Origin: an uncultured Acidobacteriota bacterium
GTDB taxonomy: Bacteria > Acidobacteriota > Terriglobia > UBA7540
DNA: 64,000 nt
Assembly (NCBI GenBank): GCA_963804995.1
Contig: CAWDSK010000005.1
Location: 576,001 to 640,000 of the forward strand
Reading direction: 5' to 3'
In this document: piece by piece, positions 9,946-18,226 of the stretch
Numbering within the stretch: the stretch's first letter is position 1
Layout: each line of letters opens with the position of its first letter
Made by a program: the position numbers and the translations under genes
The notes under the pieces: model-generated
Databases searched by the model: none
Told to the model about the DNA's origin: nothing
What the model saw: the letters and a program-made list of their open reading frames with translations, nothing else

Positions 9946-10360
9946 GTAGCCACGGACAGCGCTTTTCTGTCCGTGGGCTTTTCCCTTGAAACCATACCTC
10001 CTGTCGAATATGATTGCAAAGACTGTGCTCTCCGTGGAAGCTTGGAGGACCTGGGCCGTGGTGGTAATCTGCCGGCGTGTCCAACGTCCACCGTTTACGC
10101 CACACGGACTGCATCTTCTTTGTCAGTGTAAACCTGCGCCCACGATTCAGGCGATTCAACGAATCTGAATACGATTTGCTCCTAACCGTATTGGAGGCTT
10201 CGCGGCGACGGTTGGGATTTCTACTCTGCGGCTATGTTCTGATGCCCGATCATTGGCACGCCCTGATTTGGCCGCAGTATCCGTTTGATTACGTAAGATA
10301 GCCTTTGGGATATCGCGCCTGAGAAAAGCCCACGGACAGGAAAGCACTGTCCGTGGCTAC
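9946..10360. mobile_element. REPtron-like remnant: inverted GTAG-REPs (9946-9983, 10323-10360) flanking a truncated RAYT
   Basis: GTAGCCACGGACAG-loop-CTGTCCGTGGGCTTTTC on the left and its reverse complement on the right. A third copy with about 25 bp of shared flank starts at 10709. Confidence 0.8.
10077..10301 (+). pseudogene. REP-associated tyrosine transposase (RAYT, Y1 HUH), C-terminally truncated
   Basis: IFFVSVNL...LCGYVLMPDHWHALIWP carries the HUH motif. It stops at 74 aa, before the catalytic Y..NP motif. Confidence 0.85.
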
Positions 10361-10484
10361 CGGCTAACTCCTGAAGACTCGAAGTTCGCCGAGGTTTCAT
10401 GTGTTAGTTCTTCGTGTGCCAACTGAGCGAAAGTATCGTGGTAAAACAGCCGCCCGGGTTCGGATTTTGAAGAATTATGCGAAC

Positions 10485-10630
10485 GAAGAGCCGCGGACCC
10501 CAAAGTCGGGGGGCCGCGCTACGAAATATGTGACCGCCACGAAATATGCCCGCCCTACACTCGTCGCTAACGATACCAAGGGTGCAAACGTCGTAGCGCA
10601 GACCTCCGCCCTTGAGGTCTGCGGCTCTTC
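10485..10630. repeat. Divergent GTAG-type REP hairpins
   Basis: Reverse-strand GTAGCGCGGCCCCCCGACTTTGGGGGTCCGCGGCTCTTC (10485-10522) and forward GTAGCGCAGACCTC...GAGGTCTGCGGCTCTTC (10593-10630). Confidence 0.8.
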
Positions 10631-10868
10631 GTGTGCCAATTAAGCAAATTTATCGTTGTGAGGCAGCCGCCGGTATTCGCAACTTGAAGGGATTTGCGAA
10701 CGAAGCGGGTAGCCACGGACAGTGCTTTTCTGTCCGTGGGCTTTTCCCTTGAGACCATACCTCCAGTCGAATACATCTGCAATGACTGCGCTCACCGTTT
10801 ATAAATTCAAAAACCATAAGGTCGGCGCTACATTTGAAATTAGGAGCCTACCGGCCCATCCCATGACC

Positions 10869-10906
10869 TTGACGGATTCGCTTCAATGTAGCTACAATAG
10901 CTACAA
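10869..10906 (+). promoter_or_regulatory. Promoter/operator of the Phd-VapC module
   Basis: TTGACG-18 nt-TACAAT, overlapped by the palindrome TGTAGCTACA and the direct repeat TAGCTACAA x2. Confidence 0.7.
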
Positions 10907-10920
10907 GAGGAGACCAGGCT

Positions 10921-11202
10921 ATGATTTCCGTGGGAGTGCGTGAGCTCAAGAACGGCCTAACCCGCTATCTGCGGCTGGTCGATCAAGGTCACGCGGTGCT
11001 GGTGATGAACCGCAATCGGGCGGTGGCGGTGGTGAAGAAGCCGGACCCCGACTCCGCGTCGACCCTCGAGGAAAGAATCGCCGCCTTGGTGGTGGAGGGA
11101 AGGTTGTTGCGGGCGGAAAAGGCCGGGCCTTGCCTACCGTTCAAACCGGTGCGCGTGAAAGGGAAGCCCGTCTCCAGACTGATTATTGAGGACCGGCGGT
11201 GA
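10921..11202 (+). CDS. Phd/YefM (prevent-host-death) family antitoxin
   Basis: MISVGVRELKNGLTRYLRLV signature; overlaps the toxin start (GTGA). Confidence 0.9.
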   Translation: MISVGVRELKNGLTRYLRLVDQGHAVLVMNRNRAVAVVKKPDPDSASTLEERIAALVVEGRLLRAEKAGPCLPFKPVRVKGKPVSRLIIEDRR

Positions 11203-11636
11203 TTTTCTTTGATGCCAGCGCCGCGGCCAAAAGATACTTCCAGGAAGCCGGCTCAGACCGGGTCATCCGCCTGTGGAGCGGCACGGAGTTCATCTTTTCG
11301 CTCGCCCTTCTGCCCTGCGAGCTCTTCTCCGCCTTGAATCGAAAACGCCGGGAGCGCGCCTTGCCTCGCGGGGCTTATCCTGCCCTCAAGAAGCAGATCC
11401 GGGAGGATGTGAGCAAGATCCACGCAGTACCCATCCATGCCGAACTCATCGAACTCTCCCTGCGCCTGCTGGATGCGCATCCGCTCAAGACCCTCGATTC
11501 GCTTTACCTGGCGGGGGCATTGGGTTTGCAGCAGGCCCTGAAGGAACCGGTCCTGTTTGTCGCCGCCGACCGGCAAATTCTTCAGGCCGCCCAAGCCGAA
11601 GGGCTGCGCACGCTGAATCCAGAAACTGGGCCCTGA
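11199..11636 (+). CDS. vapC: VapC PIN-domain toxin
   Basis: FFDASAAAKRYFQE, LKTLDSLYLA and FVAADRQ motifs. Confidence 0.9.
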   Translation: MIFFDASAAAKRYFQEAGSDRVIRLWSGTEFIFSLALLPCELFSALNRKRRERALPRGAYPALKKQIREDVSKIHAVPIHAELIELSLRLLDAHPLKTLDSLYLAGALGLQQALKEPVLFVAADRQILQAAQAEGLRTLNPETGP

Positions 11637-11905
11637 GCAGGTAGCAGAGGCAGGCGCGGTTTGACAGTTCTACACCGGGAAATGACCGCCGGGGGATGCG
11701 GGTGCAAGGCTTGTCTTTCGGAGTGCGGCGACTCGTCGCCGCTTTTGCTCGCCGCGACTCGTCGCGGCGTACCTTCGCACCGGTGACGAGTCACCGGCTG
11801 CAAAAAGCGGGAACGAGCTCCCGCACTCCGAAAACGAGGCTACCGGTCAGAGCACCGGCGTTGGATGGCCAGGTGAAAGCCATTACACGGGGCCAGATGA
11901 CGAGC
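11636..11905 (+). repeat. About 270 bp direct repeat, copy 1 (contains a GGAGTGCGG...CCGCACTCC REP doublet)
   Basis: Near-identical to 12807-13080; begins at the vapC stop codon. Confidence 0.9.
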
Positions 11906-11938
11906 CGCGGAGGAGGCCGAAGTACATCCGCCTGTGCA

Positions 11939-12220
11939 TTAGGTTGCAAGCTCACGAGAGCCGTGTTGCAGATGGAGAATTTCCACAAATTTAGGAGATT
12001 CGTTCACGCGGTAATATATCAAGATGGGGGTATGGATCAACTGGCGTACTCCTGGACGCCCCTTAACCAGGCTGCTGATGTAAGGGAAACTCTTGAGGAG
12101 CTCAATGTGATTAAGTATGGCGTCGCCGAACCGCTCGGCGCTGGCGGGAAAGTTGGCCCAAGAATAGGCGAGGATGAAAATCTGCTAACGCGGCTTCTGT
12201 GATTCGAATTTGGGAATCCT
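11939..12220 (-). pseudogene. RelE/ParE-family toxin, degraded 5' end
   Basis: Not in the ORF track. Manual translation: DSQIRITEAALADF / frameshift / ILAYSWANFPASAERFGDAILNHIELLKSFPY...VRQLIHTPILIYYRV...VEILHLQHGSR. No start codon. Confidence 0.8.
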
Positions 12221-12358
12221 GACGAGCTTCCGAACTTCATCGAGAGGCACGACCCGGCCCGCGTCGGCGTCAGCCGTACCGCGGTCGATCGCTGCCAGGG
12301 TCTTGGCGTCGACTTCAACTTCCTCGACGATGGGTACTTCCAGCTTGAGATCGGTCAT
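12185..12358 (-). CDS. Small acidic antitoxin of the ParE module (possibly slightly degraded)
   Basis: TLAAIDRGTADADAGRVVPLDEVRK, typical of ParD-like partners; overlaps the toxin. Confidence 0.7.
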   Translation of the reverse strand: MTDLKLEVPIVEEVEVDAKTLAAIDRGTADADAGRVVPLDEVRKLVRIPKFESQKPR

Positions 12359-12502
12359 ACCGTCACAGTACCCCAAGCTGGCGCAGAATGCAAACGCGGT
12401 AGGCGAAGAAAAGATTCACCACAGAGTGCCAGCCCACCGGTGGGCGGGTCCATAGTGGGGGAAACTTGAAGTTTCTGGAGAGGCGCAGAGTAAGAAAGAT
12501 GG

Positions 12503-12718
12503 TCATGGCTGGTGCTCATCATGGCGGGCAGCCACATCGGGTTCGCCGGATTGGTAGCGCTCTCCCAAAATGGCATAAATGCCGTCCAGTTGGCCATTAC
12601 GGTCTTCCGCTTGCGCAACCGGTCGCGGCTCAAACTCCACCTCAGTGCGCTCCGGCAGTTCGACCGTTTCCAGCGGTCGGAATACGCCGCTTTCATAAAC
12701 TGCATGGATCGTCTTCAT
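12503..12718 (-). CDS. AF2212-like (DUF104) antitoxin, orphan
   Basis: MKTIHAVYESGVFRPLETVELPERTEV signature; no intact PIN toxin follows. Confidence 0.85.
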   Translation of the reverse strand: MKTIHAVYESGVFRPLETVELPERTEVEFEPRPVAQAEDRNGQLDGIYAILGERYQSGEPDVAARHDEHQP

Positions 12719-12806
12719 GATCTACTCTTACCATGTCATTTGCGGCAAAGCCAGTTTCTTCTCCGTGTCGTCTCGGTGCCATGACCAGCAGAGTAATGTG
12801 ACTGCC

Positions 12807-13080
12807 AGCAGCTAGCAGAGGTAGGCGCGGTTTGACAGTTCTACACCGGGAAATGACCGCCTGGGGATGCGGGTGCAAGGCTTGTCTTTCGGAGTGCGGC
12901 GACTCGTCGCCGCTTTTGCTCGCCGCGACTCGTCGCGGCGTACCTTCGTACCGGTGACGAGTCACCGGCGGCAAAAAGCGGGAGCGAGCTCCCGCACTCC
13001 GAAAACGACGCCACCGGTCAGACCACCCGCGTTGGATGGCCAGGCGAAAGCCGCTCCGGACACGGGGCCACATGATGAGC
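12807..13080 (+). repeat. About 270 bp direct repeat, copy 2
   Basis: Near-identical to 11636-11905. Confidence 0.9.
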
Positions 13081-13083
13081 AAG

Positions 13084-13168
13084 GTAGCGCGGACCTGTGC
13101 TTGAGGTCCGCGGCTATTCGTTGTTATGCGGGGAAGAACCGCGGACCTACAAGACAGGTCCGCGCTAC
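13084..13168. repeat. REPIN-like inverted GTAG-REP pair
   Basis: GTAGCGCGGACCT...AGGTCCGCGG ... CCGCGGACCT...AGGTCCGCGCTAC; degenerate copies at 14151-14388. Confidence 0.85.
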
Positions 13169-13285
13169 ACGTCCTGAAATAATCCCCATTGCCAGGCAAC
13201 GGCCTACTCGAACAATTAGGTTTGGACAGGAGAGGAAGAATGGCCCGCAGGGGCGCGACAGCGCCATTTCTACAGCGCCAGCGAT

Positions 13286-14038
13286 TCAGGCGGGGTGCTT
13301 TTCGGGGCCAGCCTGGGTGGCGCAGGACTCGATGAAGTCATCGATTTCGCTGAGGGAAGCAACCACCCGAGGATAGTTGATCACATGTACGTTAAACGCA
13401 AAGCGGTTGTCGGCGCCAGAAGCATCCAGCAACCGTTCGCGCAGATGCTCCGCCACGCGGTCGGCGTCTTCCTCGAGTATTTCGGGAAGCAGGATCCCCA
13501 AAACTCCCGGAGCGAGCAGATAGACCCTGTCCTTGCCACGGAACATCCGGACCGTAACCTTGGCCGCGTCCGCCAGCACCCGCGAAGTCTCGCCGGACTC
13601 CAGCACCTGCGATGAAGGGCTGAGAACAGTTAGCACCAGTGAGAGCGGCTGCTGGAAAGTCGTCGCATTGGAAAACTCGAGATTCAATCGGGTTCGAAAC
13701 TGCTCGAGGTCTGGCAGGGTTTCGAGCAGGTCGGTGCCCGCCTGGCGGAGCAGGTCTGCCGTCCGCGTTCGTTCTTCCTGGAGCTGCGTGCGCAGGTGAC
13801 GCACGGTCAACTGCCGTTCGACGAGATAGGCGACGAGAAGCAGTGATAGGACACAAAAACTGAAGATAATTTCGTGCGGCGATACCCCCTGGGGGAACGC
13901 AGGACTCCAGTGGGAGGAGAAGTACATCAGCAAGGCCATCCCCCCGGCGAGGATGCCGATCATGGCGATAGCGATTACCCACAACTCCGCGTTGCGCCGT
14001 TCGAGCTGTTGGGGGTCAATATGGTCAAAGACCTGCAA
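13286..14038 (-). CDS. Two-TM membrane protein with a degenerate GGDEF-like domain
   Basis: Two TM helices and a coiled coil, then DLLETLPD..FRTRL...LSLVL...FRGKDRVYLLAPGVLGILLPE. The GGDEF motif itself is absent. Confidence 0.65.
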   Translation of the reverse strand: MQVFDHIDPQQLERRNAELWVIAIAMIGILAGGMALLMYFSSHWSPAFPQGVSPHEIIFSFCVLSLLLVAYLVERQLTVRHLRTQLQEERTRTADLLRQAGTDLLETLPDLEQFRTRLNLEFSNATTFQQPLSLVLTVLSPSSQVLESGETSRVLADAAKVTVRMFRGKDRVYLLAPGVLGILLPEILEEDADRVAEHLRERLLDASGADNRFAFNVHVINYPRVVASLSEIDDFIESCATQAGPEKHPA

Positions 14039-14150
14039 AGTTCCTCCAGTGGCGATTGTCGGGCGCAGCGTTGTCTTCGAGGCCCTCTCAACCGTGCACA
14101 GGCTATTTTAGCGGGAATTTCGAGCTGAGTCTTTAGGATTGCGAAGCAAG

Positions 14151-14388
14151 TTAGCGCGGACCGGTTCTTGAGGTTCGCGCGACACGTCTTGACGCTACAT
14201 TCGGCACCATCCCTTTTCAGCACCACCCCGGCGCTCAGCGCGCCACCCCTCCTCATCTGAGGAGGGGTGGCGCGCCGAGCGCCGGGGTGGTTACCAGAGC
14301 AACGCAGCCCGGACCTGTTCTAGGTCCGCGGCTTTTCTTTGTCATGGGGGGAAGAACCGCGGACCTACAAAACAGGTTCGCGCGACAC
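14151..14388. repeat. Cluster of GTAG-type REPs plus a CCACCCCTCCT...GGAGGGGTGG palindrome (14221-14291)
   Basis: Long inverted repeat ACCACCCCGGCGCTC...GAGCGCCGGGGTGGT; same family at 50133-50308. Confidence 0.8.
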
Positions 14389-14567
14389 GTCCTGAAACAA
14401 TCCACAAGGCCGTGGGCTCAAAACAGTTCTTGCGCCACGGGCTACTCCTCTGGCTGCTGGTGGGGTATATTGTGTGCCTTGCTCGGAGAAAGTCCGCTGA
14501 TGCTTTGTCAGGAGACGGAACTTTTGGGACGGATCAGAAATGAGGCCTACGCTAGGAGCGATCGGTG

Positions 14568-15612
14568 ATGAACAAGTCAGACCTTCAATCCCCGTTGTTC
14601 TTTGAGCGTAATCGCGTCTTTCGGGTTTACGAGGGAGGCAAGCTCTTTCATGACTTCTTTGGAGACGAAGCGGTGGATGGCAATTTTCCTGAGGAGTGGA
14701 TTGCCTCCGCGGTAAGGGCTTTGAACAAGGAAGTGCGAACGCCGGATGAAGGGCTGTCGAAAATCAGGGGAGAAGAGAACGTCTTTCGCGGCTTTGCTGG
14801 CCGCCTACCCGGAAGAGATGACCGGTGGCAAGGGATTCGACATCCTGGTAAAGATACTCGATAGCGCCGTCCGGCTACCCGCGCAGACCCATCCCGATCC
14901 GGATTTCTCCAGGAAACATTTCGCGAGCAGTCATGGCAAAACCGAGTGCTGGGTCATTCTCGCGACCCGGCCTGGTGCAATGCTTTTTTTCGGCTTCAAG
15001 GAAGGCGTCACCGCGGCCGATCTCCAGGAAGCCGTGGCGAAGAGTGAACAGCCAGGGGACGCGTTTTCCGGTCTGATGCAAGAAGTGGAGGCTAGGGTGG
15101 GAGATGTTTGGCTGATTCCGGCGCGCGTCGCGCATGCTATCGGGGCCGGATGCCTGATTCTGGAGGTTCAAGAACCCACCGACTTCACCATCCAACCGGA
15201 GCGTTGGTGCGATCGCTATCGCCTTTCCGATCAGGAAATGTATTTGGGACTTGCCCAGGATGTTGCCCTCAGTTGTTTCGACTTGCAGCGGGTCGGCCCT
15301 CAGGTTCTGGCACAAGGAAGAAAGCAGCCCTCGCTCGCACAAGAAAACGAAGACTTCAAAAAGGAGGTCCTTATTTCGTTCGAGGACACTCCCTGTTTTG
15401 CCGTGAATCGATATACAGTGCACAAATCCTGTGCCCTGGAGAGTCTGGCTGTCTATGTTGTGACGAGCGGGCAGGGATCTTTAAGGAGCCCCTCCGGTAT
15501 CCAAAGCGTGAAGAAAGGAACGTATTTCTTTGTTCCCTTCGCAGGGAAATCGGTGAAGCTCCAATCCGAAGGTGAGGTTGAACTGGTCGAGTGCCTTCCT
15601 CCCGGCCGATGA
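14568..15612 (+). pseudogene. Class I mannose-6-phosphate isomerase-like cupin, +1 frameshift at about 14778
   Basis: NRVFRVYEGG...PEEWIAS, then LVKILDSAVRLPAQTHP, HGKTECW and HAIGAGCLILEVQEPTD. Removing one A joins the two ORFs. Confidence 0.85.
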
Positions 15613-15874
15613 AGCTTGGCTTGGCACAGCACCCCCTGGGTTTGATCGCGAGTGCGCCGTGGGGCAGAGCGAGGTCGCTCCATTCCTGGCTCGCCCACTC
15701 GAAAAGTCGGTTTTGAGTGGTCCGCCGGGTGGATGGTTGTCCCGAAGGGGGTGCGAGGAAACAGGTCCTGCCTTGTCGCCAAGGGGTAGCTGTCGACAGC
15801 CCTTCCCACCATCTAACAGGTGCGTCGCCGAAAGTAGGGTGTGCACCCCTGCGGGCTGCAGAGTGGGCCGGGAG

Positions 15875-16834
15875 TCACAGCAGGCTGAAGGCTTTCTTCA
15901 TGGCCTCGGACGTGCTGCTGCACGCCCGGTCAATGGGCATGGCACGTAGGGCGGCATTGAAAGGCTCGGCTTGGATGGGACCGTCGTAGCCGATCTCGAC
16001 CAGCGCGCCCAGAAACTCCTTTACGGGAATGACACCCGTGGCAACGGGCAGCTCACGGTGGTCGTCCTGGTACTGATCGAGCGTCAGACCGACGGGCGCA
16101 TCGTTCAGGTCCACGGTCAACACCTCGGAGCCGCGCAGCGTCAACAGGTCCTTGCCCGTCTCTTGCGCGTTAAACCAGTGCCAGCTATCGAGCTGAATGC
16201 CCAGGTTGTCTGTGCCGATAGCAACAATCAGTTCTTTCATCTCGCTCAGCGTGTGTAGGAAGGGATGTCGCTGGCTCCGCCAGATGGTGCGTGGCGCAAC
16301 GTACTCCAAGCCGAGTTTCTGCCCGCGGTCGGCAAGAACCTGCGCGCACTGGCGCAACCGGCAAGCGTGCTGGCGGAAATTCTGCAGGTAGGTGAGGTCA
16401 TTGCTGCAAGGGGGAACCCAGGTGCTGACGCGCCGGACACCCGCTCGCATCAGGAGGTCCGCAGCGGCGGGGAGCTTCTTCAACCCGTCGTTAAACGTCG
16501 CCTCATCCTGGCGAAACTCCACCGGCAGACCGGCAGCGCCGAACTTGAGATTCTTGGCTTGCAGGTCGTCAAGGAGCGGCTTGAGTCCCTCCTCCCCCAG
16601 CGAAGCAAAATACTTCGGATCAGGATCCAGGCCTTCGAACCCGTGCTTGACGGCGAGTTCAAGTGACTCCGGGAAACTGGCGTGAAAACCGAGGCGTCCG
16701 AGACTCAGGATTGCATAGAACCTGCGCTTGGGAATCTCCGCGGACGCCTCGAGCCTTCCTGGAGTCGGCTGAGCCGCAAGGCTAGCTGCCGCTCCGGCGG
16801 AGAGGAATTGTCGGCGAGTGATTTCGTTGGTCAT
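15875..16834 (-). CDS. Sugar phosphate isomerase/epimerase (xylose-isomerase-like TIM barrel), Tat signal
   Basis: TRRQFL signal; LGLEY, LDSWHW, VDLNDA and IGYDGPIQAEPF motifs. Confidence 0.85.
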   Translation of the reverse strand: MTNEITRRQFLSAGAAASLAAQPTPGRLEASAEIPKRRFYAILSLGRLGFHASFPESLELAVKHGFEGLDPDPKYFASLGEEGLKPLLDDLQAKNLKFGAAGLPVEFRQDEATFNDGLKKLPAAADLLMRAGVRRVSTWVPPCSNDLTYLQNFRQHACRLRQCAQVLADRGQKLGLEYVAPRTIWRSQRHPFLHTLSEMKELIVAIGTDNLGIQLDSWHWFNAQETGKDLLTLRGSEVLTVDLNDAPVGLTLDQYQDDHRELPVATGVIPVKEFLGALVEIGYDGPIQAEPFNAALRAMPIDRACSSTSEAMKKAFSLL

Positions 16835-16962
16835 GGTCGGCCCCCCGTCGTGCAGTGTAACACGTATAGGCTGGGGTAGTCGGGGAGCGCTGGGTCGGGG
16901 CATCGCGTCGCTCCTGTTTTGAACAATCTTTTGCGGGAATTGAAGCGGGCATCCACGATCAC

Positions 16963-17485
16963 TGGTGTCGTGACGGTGGGTCTTTCTTTTTGGCACATCG
17001 CAAAAGCAAGAGTAGCGCAGAGTCTCGTGCTTTCCGAGACTCTGCGGCTTTTCGTTTCTTGGGCGCGCCCCCGCTTGTCTTTCCTTCTAATTACTCGTCA
17101 CTGGCCCCCATTCACTACTCCCTAATTTCTGTTCCCTATTCCCTGTTCCCTGCTTTTGGTGTGTTAATAATACAGTGCATGTTTATCAGATAAAAAGCCG
17201 CAGAGTGTGAAAGCAAGCGTAGCGCAGAGTCTCGTGCTTTCCGAGACTCTGCGGCTTTTCGTTTCTTGGGCGCGACTTCCTCTCACCCCTTATGACCTCC
17301 TCTTTTCACTATCCCCTGTTCCCTGCCTTCTAGTGTGTTAATAATACAGTGCATGTTTATCAGATAAAAAGCCGCAGAGTGTGAAAGGCACACACTCTGC
17401 GCTACCTGCTGGTGTCGCGACTGTGGGTCTTTCTTTTTGGCACATCGCAAAAGCCCACAGTCAGAAAATCGCTGACTGTGGCTAC
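16963..17485. repeat. Nested, tandemly duplicated REPIN complex
   Basis: The unit GTAGCGCAGAGTCTCG...GTGTTAATAATACAGTGCATGTTTATCAGATAAAAAGCCGCAGAGTGTGAAAG occurs at about 17011 and 17219. A flank of about 44 bp is duplicated at about 16963 and 17411; heptamer repeats lie inside. Confidence 0.85.
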
Positions 17486-17876
17486 CCGCTCCCGGTTACA
17501 TCCCCACAAAAAAAGCTGTTGCCGAAGGGTGGCATGATTACTCCTGGGAGTGGGCGGACCCGCACTCGGCGGAAGATGCCTTGCTGCCCGCCTTGCACGC
17601 GGCGCTGCGAAAATCGTGACCGGTCCGGAGTGAGAGGATGGACTGGTTTGATTATCTTCGCGTGCCTTCTTGCCTGCGCCTCCTGCCGCGGCGGGACATG
17701 GACCAAATCGCCGATGCCGTGCTAGCCACGCCCAAGAACTGGCTCGGCCGAAGTTTGTGCCCGTTCTTTCCCGCCCCGAGATGCACAAGAAATGTGAACG
17801 GGTCGAGCCATCCTAGTGTAGTGTGTCGCAAGCGGTGGCACTTGTAGCGCCGACCTTGAGGTCGGCATGTGCTGAC

Positions 17877-18121
17877 CTAATGATTTTTGAATTTTTAACT
17901 TGTAGAACTCTCAAGCGTCGGCGTGACCCCTCACCCGTCCCGCCCCGGCTGATGAAAACGCCGACGGCGGTCCACCCTCTCCCCTCGGAGAGGGCTAGGC
18001 ACTGTAAATCCCAGCCTTCTCCCAGGGGAGAAGGTGGCCGACGTAGGAGGACGGATGAGGGGTTACTTTCACGCGCGGGGCGCCGGAGTCTTTTACAACT
18101 TATAAATTCAAAAACCAAAAG
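17877..18121. mobile_element. MITE-like element, copy 2, inserted in the loop of a GTAG-REP
   Basis: TIR CTAATGATTTTTGAATTT...AAATTCAAAAACCAAAAG, flanked by host arms GCTGACCT / AGGTCACCGCTAC. Confidence 0.8.
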
Positions 18122-18226
18122 GTCACCGCTACGTCGGCATGCGTCCCGACCTGGTCGGGACGCTACAACAGCGACCCTGACAATCACCCGCACCTCGATT
18201 TGAGACGCGCTGCACCAGGAGGTCTC

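Noticed and set aside
11696..13376. Paralogous ORFs MRVQGLSFGVRR... (11696, 12867) and ORFs across REP clusters (2437, 17813, 34721)
   Set aside because: Translations of non-coding repeats; similarity ends at the repeat boundary.
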